DNA from: Takakia lepidozioides
Lineage: Eukaryota > Plantae > Bryophyta
Assembly: GCA_030704615.1 (NCBI GenBank)
Contig: CM060733.1
Location: 11,470,001 to 11,534,000 of the forward strand
Direction: 5' to 3'
Length of the DNA stretch: 64,000 nt
Below, in pieces: positions 26,098-38,211 of this stretch. The translations under genes were made by a program, and so were the position numbers. Within the stretch, counting starts at the first letter, position 1; each line of letters opens with the position of its first letter. The notes below the pieces were generated by a model. It was not told the DNA's origin and did not search any database. It saw only the letters and a list, made by a program, of their open reading frames with translations.

Positions 26098-26238
26098 CTG
26101 TCCAAGGCATCGTGGACACAACCATTCTCCGATAGGAACCTCCTCAAGTGGCGGTGTCAAGCATCCCATGTGCCACTCCCTTGAGTATTTGTCACACACC
26201 AACATAGTTGCGGCGCCACCAGCATGCAACGCAACCCT
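26098..26238 (-). pseudogene. PHD finger at the integrase C-terminus
   Basis: Translation across one frameshift/deletion: GLRCML / GGAATMLVCDKYSREWHMGCLTPPLEEVPIGEWLCPRCLG. This matches the PHD pattern ml.CD.C...wH..CL.PPL..vP.geW.Cp.C, with one Cys mutated to Tyr. Confidence 0.85.
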
Positions 26239-26239
26239 G

Positions 26240-27430
26240 CAGGTACCACTGCAAGGTTGGGATCTATCATCTCATCCACATGTGGAAGGTGACATGGCGC
26301 ACAATTGCGCACATGGTCCTTCCATATCATGCCATCTCGACCCTCCAGAATCAACACTCCTGAAGGCAACACCTCCCTGACCATTAGAATCACACGTCCT
26401 GCTGTGACATCCAAGGTCGTAGGCGCTGTCTGCTGCAGATACACATAGTCCCCAGGGTGGAAACGCCGAACACTTGGCCGATATTCCCTTCCACGTGTAG
26501 TGACGTACCTCAATGTATCTCGGTGTTGGGCAATAACAAGGTTCTCAAAAGCCATATGCATGACTTTCTTGAACAACTCTGCCCGTTGGGCACATGCTTG
26601 TGTCCACACATCCGGATCATCAAGGTTGAGAACTACTGCAGCCTCCCTGCGAATAGATGCAGGCAAATCTGACTCTCGGCCGAAGAGAAGAAAGTAAGGT
26701 GAGAAGGCGGCAAGTGAAGCTTGTTTGCTAAACCTATAGCCCATAGCTAGCCAAAGCAGTTGAAGGTCCCAATCTCCTAGGTGTCCCTTCTGCAAACCGT
26801 ACTTGCACAAACCTCTCTTGACTATCTGAACAACTCTCTCTGCCAAGCCATCAGCCTCGGGATAATCCCGAGAAGTGGTGCGGTGATCTATCAAGGCTTG
26901 CTCACACAAAGCCTGAAACTCCCCCAATAATTCTCTCCCATGGTCCGTGAGTACCTCGGCTGGAGCACCAAAATGGCTAAGCACTCGATTTAAGAATACA
27001 TATGCAGCCCTCTCACTTACCCTGTCAGGCAATGCCACCAGTTCAATCCATTTGGAGAAGTGTTCCACCATCACCAACACATACTTGTTATGGCGAATCG
27101 TCAGTGGCAATGGGCCTGCGAGGTCAAGACTCCAACAATAGCCCAAACCCATAATGGATAAAAGATGCAATTGTAGAATAGGGGCGTTGAAAGAAGCCCA
27201 CACTCTATCACACACCATGCACCTTGCCACTAACTGTTGCACATCCGTGTGCATGCCCCGCCACCAATACTGCCCTTGCAGCAAACTATGAGTGTGCCGC
27301 ACCCCAAAATGTCCCAACTCCTCATGGGCATGGCGTACCAATCACGCTCGTTGTGTTGGATGAGGCACAATCCTCACTCGTCCATCCTCCCATACCCGGA
27401 GTAGGTGAGTCCCCTCCCACTTGAACCTCT
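26240..27430 (-). pseudogene. Gypsy integrase (HHCC zinc finger, DDE core)
   Basis: HEELGHFG...CMVC; WSLDLAGPLP; VEHFSKWIELVAL; VLTDHGRE; ADGLAERVVQ. Confidence 0.93.
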
Positions 27431-27649
27431 TGGCTCGTTGTAGGACCCGATCCCTCTCTTTAGCAGTCACACTGGCTGTTGTCTCTCCGATACGAATGTA
27501 TGCCAACACTGCTGCATCTTCATGCACATCCTTAGCACCACCAAACTCCTCACTAGTCTCTGGATCGTCATGCATGCTATCTACATGACCAATCGCATCG
27601 AATGGACCAACTTGAGCTCCATTGCTAGAATGCACAAAAAGGCCGATGC

Positions 27650-29100
27650 ATGCCATCCTGGCACCATCTCCTCATCTGTCTCACCATGCCACCGAGCTCT
27701 AGTATCATCATGCTCGCTCGTGCATGGATTACGACTCAATCCATCTGCATCCCGATTGACAATACCGGCTCGATGCACCACCTGGAAGTCGTACTCTTGA
27801 AGCATAAGTGCCTACCATGCAAGCTTCTCTGTAAGCTTGTCTGACTCCATCAACCACTTCAATGGTTGGTGATCCGTGACAAGGGTGAAGAGATTGCCAT
27901 AGAGGTAGCATCTGAAATGTGCCACTGCCCATACCGTAGCTAGATACTCCCCTTCATAGGATCTATACTTCGCCTCGGCATCATTGTTCGAGCGGCTAGC
28001 ATATGTCACTACAAACTCTCTTCCCTCACCATCCATCTGTGTAAACACTGCTCCAATCCCCAGCATACTTCAATCCGTACGTAGCTGGAAGGCCGCCCCC
28101 GAATAGGCCGCCTCAGAATAGGTGCAAAAGTCAATCGAGCCTTGAGTTCCTCAAAGGCTTCCTCCTGCTCCTCCTCCCACTGCCACTCCTGACCCACCTT
28201 GGTCAACCTGGTAAGAGCCTTTGCAATGCTGCTAAATCCCTTGACAAACCGTCAATAGTAGTTTGCTAATCCCATGAAAGCACGAACTCTGCTCACATCC
28301 ATATACATGCAATGGCCTCCATCTTTGTCTGTTGAACACCCAATCCTCCAGGGTATATCATGTGGCCCAGATACTCAATCTAATTGTGGAAGAACTTGCA
28401 CTTTCTAGGATGCAGTTTCAACCCGTGCGCTCTCAAACGCTCAAACACCACATGAAGGTGTCTCTCATGCTCCTCAACTGTAGCACTAAAGACGATGATG
28501 TCATCAATGTGGCACTGGGCAAAGTCTAGCCCTGCAAGAATCCTATCCATGACTCTCTGAAACTCTGCAGGAACATTCTTCAACGCAAACGGTAAGAACC
28601 GCCATTGGTACAAACAATCATTTCCATGTTGGTCAATCCCCCAGAATGCCGTCTTTTGCTTGTCAGGCTTTTTGATTGGCAACTGGTGGTAACTGGATCG
28701 CAAGTCCAATGTGCTAAACACCTTTGCATACCCAATGGTATCAAAGATCTCATCTGGAGTTGGCATGGCATATCTATCAGACTTAGTCTGATGGTTCACA
28801 GGACGATAGTCCCCACACATCCTTCTTTCTGTCCAATTGCCATAGATATCCTTCTTAGCTGGCATCACCGTTGCCGAGGCATGCATACTCCCCGCCTGAC
28901 AACTCCACCAATCCAGCTTCGAACAACTCCATAGTCTGTGACTGGATCAATGACCTCTCCATGTCACTATACCGGTAGGGCCTTCGAAAGATTGGCGTGT
29001 CACTTGCCAAATCAATACGAATCTCCTGACCCTTCAAACTCCCCAAATCCTTCAAACCGAAGGCAAAGCAATTTCTATAAGCCCTTAGAAATCGCTGCAT
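27650..29100 (-). pseudogene. Gypsy reverse transcriptase and RNase H
   Basis: RMCGDYRPVN, FSTLDLRSSYHQ, LPFALKN, HIDD (from YIDD); RNase H segments YASRS..., TDHQPLKWL, ADGLSR. Confidence 0.93.
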
Positions 29101-29589
29101 CCTCCGTCTCTCTCCTCCGGTGACTGTAGGTCCAACATCTGGTTCCCAATTGTCCTCAGTGACTGCAACCTTGGGTATACCAGGCTTGGAGGTAGGAGAC
29201 AAATCCTTTGGTTGCTAGATAGCAACCTCTTGGGCCTTGTCCGCCCAATCTGACTATGGCATAGTCTCCACTTGCTCCGCCATAGCCACCTTGAGAACAT
29301 CCTTTGAACAAGCAACATTCTCAACCTCTTCACAAACCTTGGCCACCTTGGCCTCCAACTGATCCTCAGTCCATGGCTCTCCCCACTCCTCATACTGTTG
29401 CTTGAGAGATCCAATGACTCTCTCTTTGCGCATATCATCCCACATCTGCCATGGGTGTTTGCAACCCACGATCCTGTGCTCGCCCCCACTCACTGCCTCA
29501 ACCGTCCCAGTTGGCAGAGAGGATGCACTATCCAATGGAAGTGCAGAAGTAGCCATCAATGCTTGCAATCTCTGTTGCTCAGCCATGCA

Positions 29590-30565
29590 CAAGCCAATGA
29601 CCCATGTCAAGCAATTGAGATCCATTGCCTAACCCAACACTTGACGGCGTGATACCTCTGACAGAGCTAGCACACCTGTAGTACCCGTGGTAAAACCCAT
29701 TGCCCGCTCTCGCTCATCCGCATTGGGCTCCACCAATTGCTGTAGCACACTGTCCCAAATCAATCCAAAACCATTGTCTCGGAAGAGCATGAGACGAGGG
29801 GAAGCTCATGAGTGTAGGTAAGGCCGCACGTGGCTGCCCCACTCGATTGACCACTGCTAGAGGTGGACGGTCATCATGTCGGACCCTCTGTGGTTGCCTC
29901 CCTTGGTCCAAAATGCCTCAACCGTGAGATTGGGTGGCCGTTGAATGGAATCGTATGCTCTCTTGAGCAGTTCTGGTGGTGTAAGATTGGTCCACCATAA
30001 TCGAAGTCGATGCACGCGTGATCCCACCGCTGCGGCATCCAATAGCACCGCCGATCCAATCCAAGACTGCACCTGATGCACACTGGCCATAACCCTGGCC
30101 CGAGAATCCCCCATAAGATGAACATTCTCCAAGATATAGCCTAGAGGTTGCACTTGCCTCGTCTGCAAGTCCCGCAACACTCGCAACATCTCCCAAAACA
30201 AATGCGATCGTGCATCATGCAAGCCATTCCCATGACCTGTGGGAGAGTGTCCTTGGCAAGGCCATCTAGCTATCACCAAGTCAATTGCACCATGCCGGCC
30301 CAAATCATCCGCCCCCAGCAAGGTAATGTCTGCTGGCAAGGCCTTTTGGTACCCTTGAATTGCTGAGAGAGGCAATAACTCAGGATACTGGTGTGTGAGC
30401 AAGGCAATGTGGCGCATAGAAATATGCCGAGCAATCTCATCCTTCTCCACATACAAGTACTTGCGTACTTTAATCCCTGTTTGCAACACTCTTACAAGCC
30501 CAGTGCTCATGCCTCCAAATAAGTCTAGCAAACAAATCCCCGAGTCAGGTGGTTGCCAGGTAATG
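29590..30565 (-). pseudogene. Cytosine-5 DNA methyltransferase catalytic domain embedded in the gypsy pol
   Basis: Motif I LLDLFGGMSTG; motif II YVEKD; motif IV DLVIARWPCQGHS (catalytic PC kept; GWPCQ appears as RWPCQ); motif VI YILENV; motif VIII HRLRLWWTN. After two frameshifts: motif IX EPNADERERAMGF and motif X RRQVLG*AMD. Confidence 0.93.
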
Positions 30566-30699
30566 GACACTGTGTCCAAAGGAGCTAACTCAGGAGGTCC
30601 AGGTGATGTCACTGAACTCCCCTCACTCACCAATGGAAAGGCCTCCTGCCATGCTTGGTGCACACACTCGCCTGCTACTCGATACAAATTCCCAACCGC

Positions 30700-33410
30700 A
30701 TAGGCACATGAGGAAGCAAATCAGCTTTGTATGCCAATTGTTTGTCCTCATCAGGTGATGGCCTATCATCTGCATGGCTATTGCCCTCCAAGAGCTCACC
30801 ACCCCAAGCCACCACCCCTGAAAATGCAGCCAATGTGGGCATCATGTTCCTATGATCCACCGCTACATTCCCAATAAACCGCACTGGGAGCAGTGCACGT
30901 CGGCCATCTCCTGACTGCCATTCCGGCCTGTAGGATGCCGTTTCCTCCCAAAAGTCCAGAGTGAATTCCATGGGGTATAACACCGCCCCACCAACAAGCA
31001 CATCATAAGACATCGCGTCCGTAACAATGGCTTTAGCTCTCATGACTGAGCCGTTCGTAGAATAGTCCGGCTGCAATCGAATGAAGAGCTCATGGCGTGT
31101 AATCCCTCGTGCCTTCTCTAAACCGCCCAAAGATGTTTGAATTTGGAAAGGACGAGGCTCCAAATCCGCCTCTGTAAGGCCCAAGCCTGCAATTGTTGTT
31201 CTTCCCAACATCAATGGCTATGCTCCCGAGTCCAACAAGACCCGTAGTGGCCTATACCTCCTCCCGGCTGGGCCACCTAACTGAAACACACCATCTTGAT
31301 TGTCCACCAGGACTACCCCAGGAGTCACCATACTACGCTCCATGGCTGGTCTAGCTGGCAACTCCTACAACCTTGCAGCTGCCGCTTGCCATGGTGCAGC
31401 TGTGGCTATCTTCACCCTTGAGTCCAGGGCATCCATGCACTGCACATTATCCGCTATCCCCGCAGATAGTGCCGATGCATCACCACTCTAACAGAGTCTA
31501 GCTGCTAATCTGAACACAACAGCTGGCCGAATCCCCAGCATTGTAATTGTCATTGCAGAAAACAATGGAGCTTGGCAAACCGCCGTAGCCGCCCCCAACA
31601 ATGTACTGGCTGCACCTTGCTTTGCAGCACCACCCACTGGCATATCCCGAGCCACACCAACTCTCCCCACTAGCACTCGTGGCTCTACCGCTGACACACT
31701 TGGGCAAGCGGGTACCATCGATGGCGTAGTTGGTACTGTCTTAGCCAATGTGAAAGACTGTGGAAGCCTTGTCTGTCGACTTGTTTCCCCTCTTTGTGGA
31801 TCAAAATCCACATCTGCTCCTCTTGGCTCAGGAGCACGCGTTGCTGCTCGAGTGACAGCAGTTGCAGAGTCCACATGCAATGGTCCTGCAAGTGCGGCTC
31901 CACACATGAAGCCCATACCAATCTGGTCTTCCCTAGGCATAGGAGGTTGTGCAGGTGGGGCTTGAACCTCAGGCCTTAGAGCTGGCGCCACATTAGTAGT
32001 GGCTATGGCAGCAAGACGTTGCTCTAGCTGGGCAAGCCTATCCACCATGCCTTGGTTATGACCTTGACCTTGACCATGTGCTCCTTGGTTTTGGTTACGA
32101 CCTCCACCCCGACCTCTGCCTCCTCTACCTCTCTGGACTACATTGCCTCGTCCTCGCCCACCATTGTTCTTTTGGAACTGGCGTGGCCGTAGCTCAGGAT
32201 GCAAGTCATAACAATGGGCCTCCTCATGCCCACACTTGCCACAATGCCCACACTGTAGTTGTGTAGGTTGTGTCTGTGCCGGCCCTTTGCCTCTCTCCGG
32301 GCAATCTCTCTTAACATGGGGTCATCCACAATCCCAACATATCATACCCGACTGTTGTTGGCCTGAGAATGAAGGAAGTGACCTCTGTAATTGAGATCCT
32401 CTCTGTCTTTCCCTGGGCTTCGCCTGAGCCCCCTTGTTGCCTTGAGCACGTTGGGGTAGTGGTTGTTGTTGGCTAGGAGCCCCACTTCATTGTGTCTCCT
32501 TACCAAACCCCACCATGACCACTCGCTCCTCCACCATATTGAGCTCTATCCGCTCTGCCAGCAAAAACACGTTTGTTAAGGTGGGTTGGTCCACTTGTAG
32601 GAGAGTTGCATCCCGCACCCTTCTCCTCAGCTCCTTGTCCAATATCCCATACCAGAATTGGACTGCTTGAGCTTCCGTAACCCCTTGGGTCACATTTATC
32701 AATTGCCTCGTGCGCGTATAAGCCTCCCTCAAACTCTCACTAGACCTCCGCAACTTCTCTATCCTTATTCATTGGTAGTTTCTCTTTAACTCTTCGAAAA
32801 ACTCCACAACTGGGTTGAAGGCAGGCACGGGTGCTGGTGCTGCAGCAGGAGCTTGAGTGGATTTCCCAGCTCCATCTTTACTTGTCCCCACTACTAGTGC
32901 TTGCAGTTGGGGATGTTGGTGTAGCTGTTGGCTGTTGCCCTTGTGCCTCTAGTGATGGAGATATAGTCAGATGACCAATATTGTCGCCACTCCTCAATCT
33001 CCACCTCATTTCCCCGCCTAAACTCATGGTAGTCATCCATAGGCGGCCCCTCAAGGTGCTGAAACAACCCCTTCCACGCCATAAAATGCGTAAACAATTG
33101 TGGATTGCGCATCTACTGCAAATCACACCAACTATCAAACTCTTGTATGAAATCATCAAGCTCGATGGTGCCCACAGCTCCAGAGTACCGACGTGGCCCC
33201 TTAGTAGCTCCATACATTTCCTCCATCGTATCCCACAACAATGGCACGGGAATGGCTTGCACCCTCGGCGAGAATCCTCCTAACTCTGAGTCTGAACCTT
33301 CCTCAGAAGACACTGAAGATGAAGGTGGCCTAAACCGCACACCTCGTCTTGTATACCCACTAGTATCGCCGGTGCTCATACCGGCACTCTCCACAGCAAC
33401 TGGTGGCACC
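30700..33410 (-). pseudogene. Gypsy gag, zinc knuckle and aspartic protease
   Basis: IELDDFIQEFDSWCD; ESLREAYTR...FWYGILDKELRRRV; CGHCGKCGHEEAHC; RPLRVLLDSGA*PLMLG...YDVLVGGAVL. Confidence 0.85.
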
Positions 33411-34189
33411 TTCGTGATGAAAACTCACACTCAAACCGGCTATCGGCTTGTCTCTAATCCCCCTTTCCACAAGGTAACCGGGTAGAGAATGTGTTGCGGC
33501 TTATGATTTGGAATACTAGGTTCATATTCTGAACCTGCACCTGCACCTGCATCCACCGCAGGCACTCCTATGGTCTGCTGGTCATCAACCCAGCCTCACC
33601 ATAAGAGAAACAATGATGGTCTGTTGGTCATCACCGCAACCTCACCACTGACAGCGCGCTCTAGGATTGGCCGGCCACAATATTTCCGGCACAACCACCT
33701 ATAAAAGCAAGCGCCCAAACCAAACTAGCATGGCGCACAGTCAAGCATGCATGTGTGGGAGGAGGATCCAAACACAGGAAACTTAAACAACAACAACTCC
33801 CACAGCTTAAATCAATCGATTTCCTTGCGGCTTCAATAAACCTGCAAGATGGCCAAGTCTCTATCCAAACTAGCTCTGCCTCCGCTTACAAAAAAACTTT
33901 GGCCTACAAGAATGATGGAAGACTATAGAGAAGGGAAGCTAAAGCAATCTCTAAGCCCAGAATGCTCTCATCCCATTACTCCCCCTATCTTCACACTCAC
34001 TATTGCTCGAGCAATAGATAAGACTATCTTTAAAGAACCTCTCAAATAACTCTCAAGAGCCCTCAAATTATTGCCATGAACTTCTGAAATCTGCCCTCAA
34101 TCAGTCCCTCACATAGACCCACTGAGGTTCAAGAAGTTCGCAAACTTGGACTCTAAACAGTCCACCAAAAGGCCCTAGGCGCCCGCCAA

Positions 34190-34915
34190 TTAGTGGCCTC
34201 CAAGGTCTCCAACCAGCCCTCACAATGGCTCCACAAGCCTGCCCAAGTATTGGTCTCCAAGGACCTCCAACAGTCCTCCAACAGCCCTTAAGAAGCTCCA
34301 CAAATCTGCCAAGTATTGGCCTCCAAAGACCTCCAACAGTCCTCCAACAGCCCTTAAGAAGCTCCTCAAATCTGCCAAGTATTGGCCTCCAAGGACCTCC
34401 AACAGTCCTCCAACAGCCCTTAAGAAGCTCCTCAAATCTGCCAAGTATTGGCCTCCAAGGACCTCCAATAGTCCTCCAACAGCCCTTAAGAAGCTCCTCA
34501 AATCTGCCAAGTATTGGCCTCCAAGGACCTCCAATAGTCCTCCAACAGCCCTTAAGAAGCTCCTTAAGTCTGCCCAATATGGGCCTCCAAGGACCTCCAA
34601 TCGTCCTCCAACCAGTCCTCACAAGGCTCCACAGGTCTGCCAAACATTGGCCTCAAAGGACCCCAAATCGTCCTTCAAACAGCCCCAAGCAGGCTCCACA
34701 AGCCTGCAAGATATTGGCCTTAATAGACCCCAAATAGTCCTCAAAGCAGGCCCCAATACCTGCAAGATATTGGCCTCAATAGACCCCAAATAGTCCTCAA
34801 ACATGCCCCAATACCTGCTAGATATTGGCCTCAATAGACCCCAAATAGTCCTCAAACAGGCCCCAATACCTACTAGATATTGGCCTCAATAGACCCCAAA
34901 TAGTCCTCAAATAAG
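34190..34915. repeat. Higher-order minisatellite: ~6 x 66-bp units then ~4 x 55-bp units
   Basis: agtattgg recurs at 34246, 34312, 34378, 34444 and 34510 (period 66). gatattggc recurs at 34710, 34766, 34821 and 34876 (period 55-56). Confidence 0.92.
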
Positions 34916-36360
34916 CCCCCCTAAGGCTCCAAAAATATCCACAGTAAGTCGATTTTTCATCCGTCGCTAACCAAATTTCATCCAAAACCGCGATTTCTCA
35001 TATGCAGGTCCGATATTTCATCCGCCGCGATAGTTCATCCGTCAGTGCGATATTTCATCCGCTGGCGCAGTTTCATCCACTGGCTCAATAGTTCATCCGA
35101 TGGGACAATGGTGGTGCTCCCAACTCTAGGGCAATGTTTCCACGCGTTTTTATGCGTTCCCACGAGTTCCCAAGGAGTTCCCAAGGAGTTCCCGAGTGTT
35201 CTCACGCGTTCTCTCGAGTTCCTAATGAGTTCACACGCGTTCCCAAGCTAGGGTTTGCGCCACTTTGCCTCTGCGATTGCTGCAACGAGCTATGGCTTCT
35301 ATGGAGCAACCAAAGGTGTTGTTCTTGGTTTCTTGAGCATCAATAGACCACCAAAAGCGCCTCTAACCCCCTGAGCAAGCTATTTGCCACACAACAAGCT
35401 CTCTTTCTCTATGGAACTTATTGAAACAAGCTATTGAGCTTTCTATGGCATACCCTCTTCTAGCCATCGCATACACTCATAGTGCTTCCTTCCATGGCCA
35501 TAGTGCATTTCTTATAGCTCATAATCCAGACCTGCACTTGTCACTTCCATAGACATGTTCTTCCCAAGCTTGGGATTGAAACCCCAACTCAAAGCATGCT
35601 CTACAAATACACTATTCTGTCCCAAAGAGAAATCAGATGTCTACCTCCACTCATAGCTCTCCTAAGCTTGAAGTTGAAGACTCCCATAAGCTGAAACCAT
35701 GCTCCACACATGCACCGCTTGCTCCCTTAACACCCGAGCTCTTCTTGAACTCCTCAAACCCTGCAACATTTGCAGAACAAGAGCTTCTTCACAAGCTCTC
35801 AAACTTTTCAATGGGGCTCTCATTGAAGACCTCCTCTTGTACATAAACACCACAAGGCTTTCTTCTTGCAAACCCTGCAACACCTTGTAACTTAAGAGCT
35901 ATCTATCAAGCTCTCTTCCACACACAAGTGCTAACTATGCTAACACCTTGCACTCATAGATGTAAGCAGGTCTTTTCCTAATGATACGGAAATGGTGAAA
36001 AGATGAGTAACCACTCTATCACGTTATATAAGTCAAGCCAATGGCGCCTTTGCTAAAGGACTCCACCATACAGACCTCACCCACTCTTCATCTCAAGTAC
36101 TAGAGCTATGACGGCGAGAGAGGTCTCGGGAGGCTCGACTAGAAGAAGACAAGCCTACCTTCGTCTCACGTGAAGATAACCTCTCCACGACCCAAGTGAG
36201 GTTCGCCACCTCACTTGGCACATAGAACCAAATGAAGTCCCAATGCCAACAAAATACAAATATAAATGTATAATGTCTTAATTAGTTAGAAATAACTATT
36301 TCTAACTAATCACAAACAAAACCATGACACCCCTTTCTTCGGTCTCCACCACTCCACCAC

Positions 36361-37290
36361 TTGCGATCTTCTCTATCTCGTACAACATCTGATATTGTCA
36401 TTCTCATCCAAACAGAAAAAGTCTCCGTATTATTTGGGCGAACAAGGACAAAGAATCCATTCTCAATATTCTTGAATGGATTCAATGGTATCTTCGGACG
36501 GTTAGATCTCGGCCCACAATACAGTTCGACAATATATTCATTCTCGGACAATGCGTCTTGAGACTGCATATAAACACCGTCTCTCTTGTGGTGCTCGACC
36601 CATTTTGTTGCTGGCCAAAATCCTTCGATAAGTTCGTCATTTGGCTCCTCCATCGGAAGGTTAAGTTTTTCAAGAATATCCGCCCAATATTGATCATATC
36701 GTTTCATGATATTTTCATATTGATCATCCAAGAGCGTAATGTTTTTCCAAAAATTTATGTACTTTTTAATACCGGACTTGATGCAAGATTGTTTTTCCGA
36801 TGCTTCCTCAACATCTCCCCAAATAGGTCTCTTACGGAGCGGTTTCGGCTGTCCAACTGGATGCATTGGAGAATCATCGTCTTTTGCTTTCCACATTTTG
36901 ACATTGCCAATTTTTGGAAGCCAATCCGAATATGTTGCAAATTATTTGTATTGCATTAGAGACCAGCCGTCCGAATCAACAAAAAACCGAAAAAAAAAAT
37001 GCATTTCCGTAACTCCAACCAAAGCCTCTTTCCTATCCAAAATAAAGCCGTCGACAAAATCCTTGAAGTCTGGAACTTCTTGAATTATTTGCGGAATGAA
37101 CTATAGGTCCTAAGATACCATAAATTTTTTCATGAGATCGGAAGGAACATAGGTGTTATTCTCTTTCAATTTCTTCGAAAGATAACTAAAATAAGCATCA
37201 ATGTCCTCATGCGTATGGCCAACCATGAGAAAACCAAGTTAAATTTCTTCGAACACCTATCGCAGTAAGCACTGATAAGAACGTCAACAT
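36361..37290 (-). pseudogene. DUF7869-type (putative DDE DNA-transposon) protein, partial and disrupted
   Basis: FLSVLTAIGV...LGFLMVGHTHEDIDAYFSYLSKKL at ~37280-37170, followed by ORFs 36940-36306. GHTHEDID is, from my recollection, the hallmark of this transposon-associated family. Confidence 0.65.
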
Positions 37291-38211
37291 CCACCTCTTC
37301 TGTTGTCTTTGACACAATTGTCCATTTGTAGATACAATCTTCGTGGCAATCTTCGTGTCTGCATCTATATGAGGATATGACAATTGTATCGTCCCATAGC
37401 CATTGTCAAATGTAGTGATTATCACACTAATTGCTGATGAGGTCAATGGACGTCCATGAGACTGACCTTCACTAGTCACATTCAGGCAGTTGTCAGTTGC
37501 AACTATAACCCTCGATGTTTTGTGACATAAGAAGATTTTGAGACTAGATGATAATGAATCTATTGAGAGAAAGGACAGAACGTCGAAATGAATGTCGACG
37601 TTCATTAATCTCTATAGACAGAGATAAATAAAAAATGTAGAAGGACTGTAGCTGAATATCCTAATTAAGAAATAGAGAGAAAAAAAACTCTGACCGATGA
37701 AGAGATATTAAGATAATTAGAGTATCTCATGTGGATGTGTCGATGAGGACCAAGAAAAATAAAAAATGATATAAAAAAATAGAACGTCGACATGAATGTC
37801 GACGTTTTCTAGTCTGAGATAGATAGAAAAAAATAACGGCTATAACTGGATATCCTAATAAAGATACATATAATAAATCAGGTGAATATGTTAATGAAGA
37901 CCCAGAAAAAAAAAACCAAGTGAGGAAAAAGACATGGTCTCACATTCAGATGCACTAGTAGGTATTATCATGTATTTAATGCGATGTGGGACAGAATGAA
38001 GATCAAGTAATGAGACTTTAGCTTGTATTCAAAAACTTGAAGAAACAACAATCCGCCAGACGTTGACAGTAATGTCGACGTTACTATGGATGAATAAAAA
38101 GACCAGAGGCAAAAAGTTGCAAAAAACTAAGCAAGGAGATAGCACTAAAGACTAAGAGCCAGGGCCTGCAAGGAGGCAGAAGCCAGGCTGCACAAAGCAG
38201 CCCAGCACAAA

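Larger units (their letters stand above)
25756..33410 (-). mobile_element. Ty3/gypsy retrotransposon carrying a cytosine-5 DNA methyltransferase domain and a C-terminal PHD finger (decayed copy)
   Basis: Colinear minus-strand domains: gag 33409-32487, CCHC knuckle ~32250-32200, protease (LLDSGA) ~31250-30750, C5-MTase ~30565-29590, RT ~29050-28200, RNase H 28066-27700, integrase 27341-26300, PHD ~26235-26100. PPT-like ggggggcgat then TG at 25835. No paired LTRs recognised. Confidence 0.93.

Noticed and set aside
34101-34737. Repetitive 126-180-aa ORFs on both strands (e.g. WRTIGGPWRPILGRFEELLKGC repeats)
   Set aside because: They arise from a 66-bp tandem repeat that happens to lack stops; there is no independent coding evidence.
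34190-34915. Possible CRISPR-like array
   Set aside because: The units are contiguous tandem copies with no unique spacers, there are no cas genes, and the context is eukaryotic.
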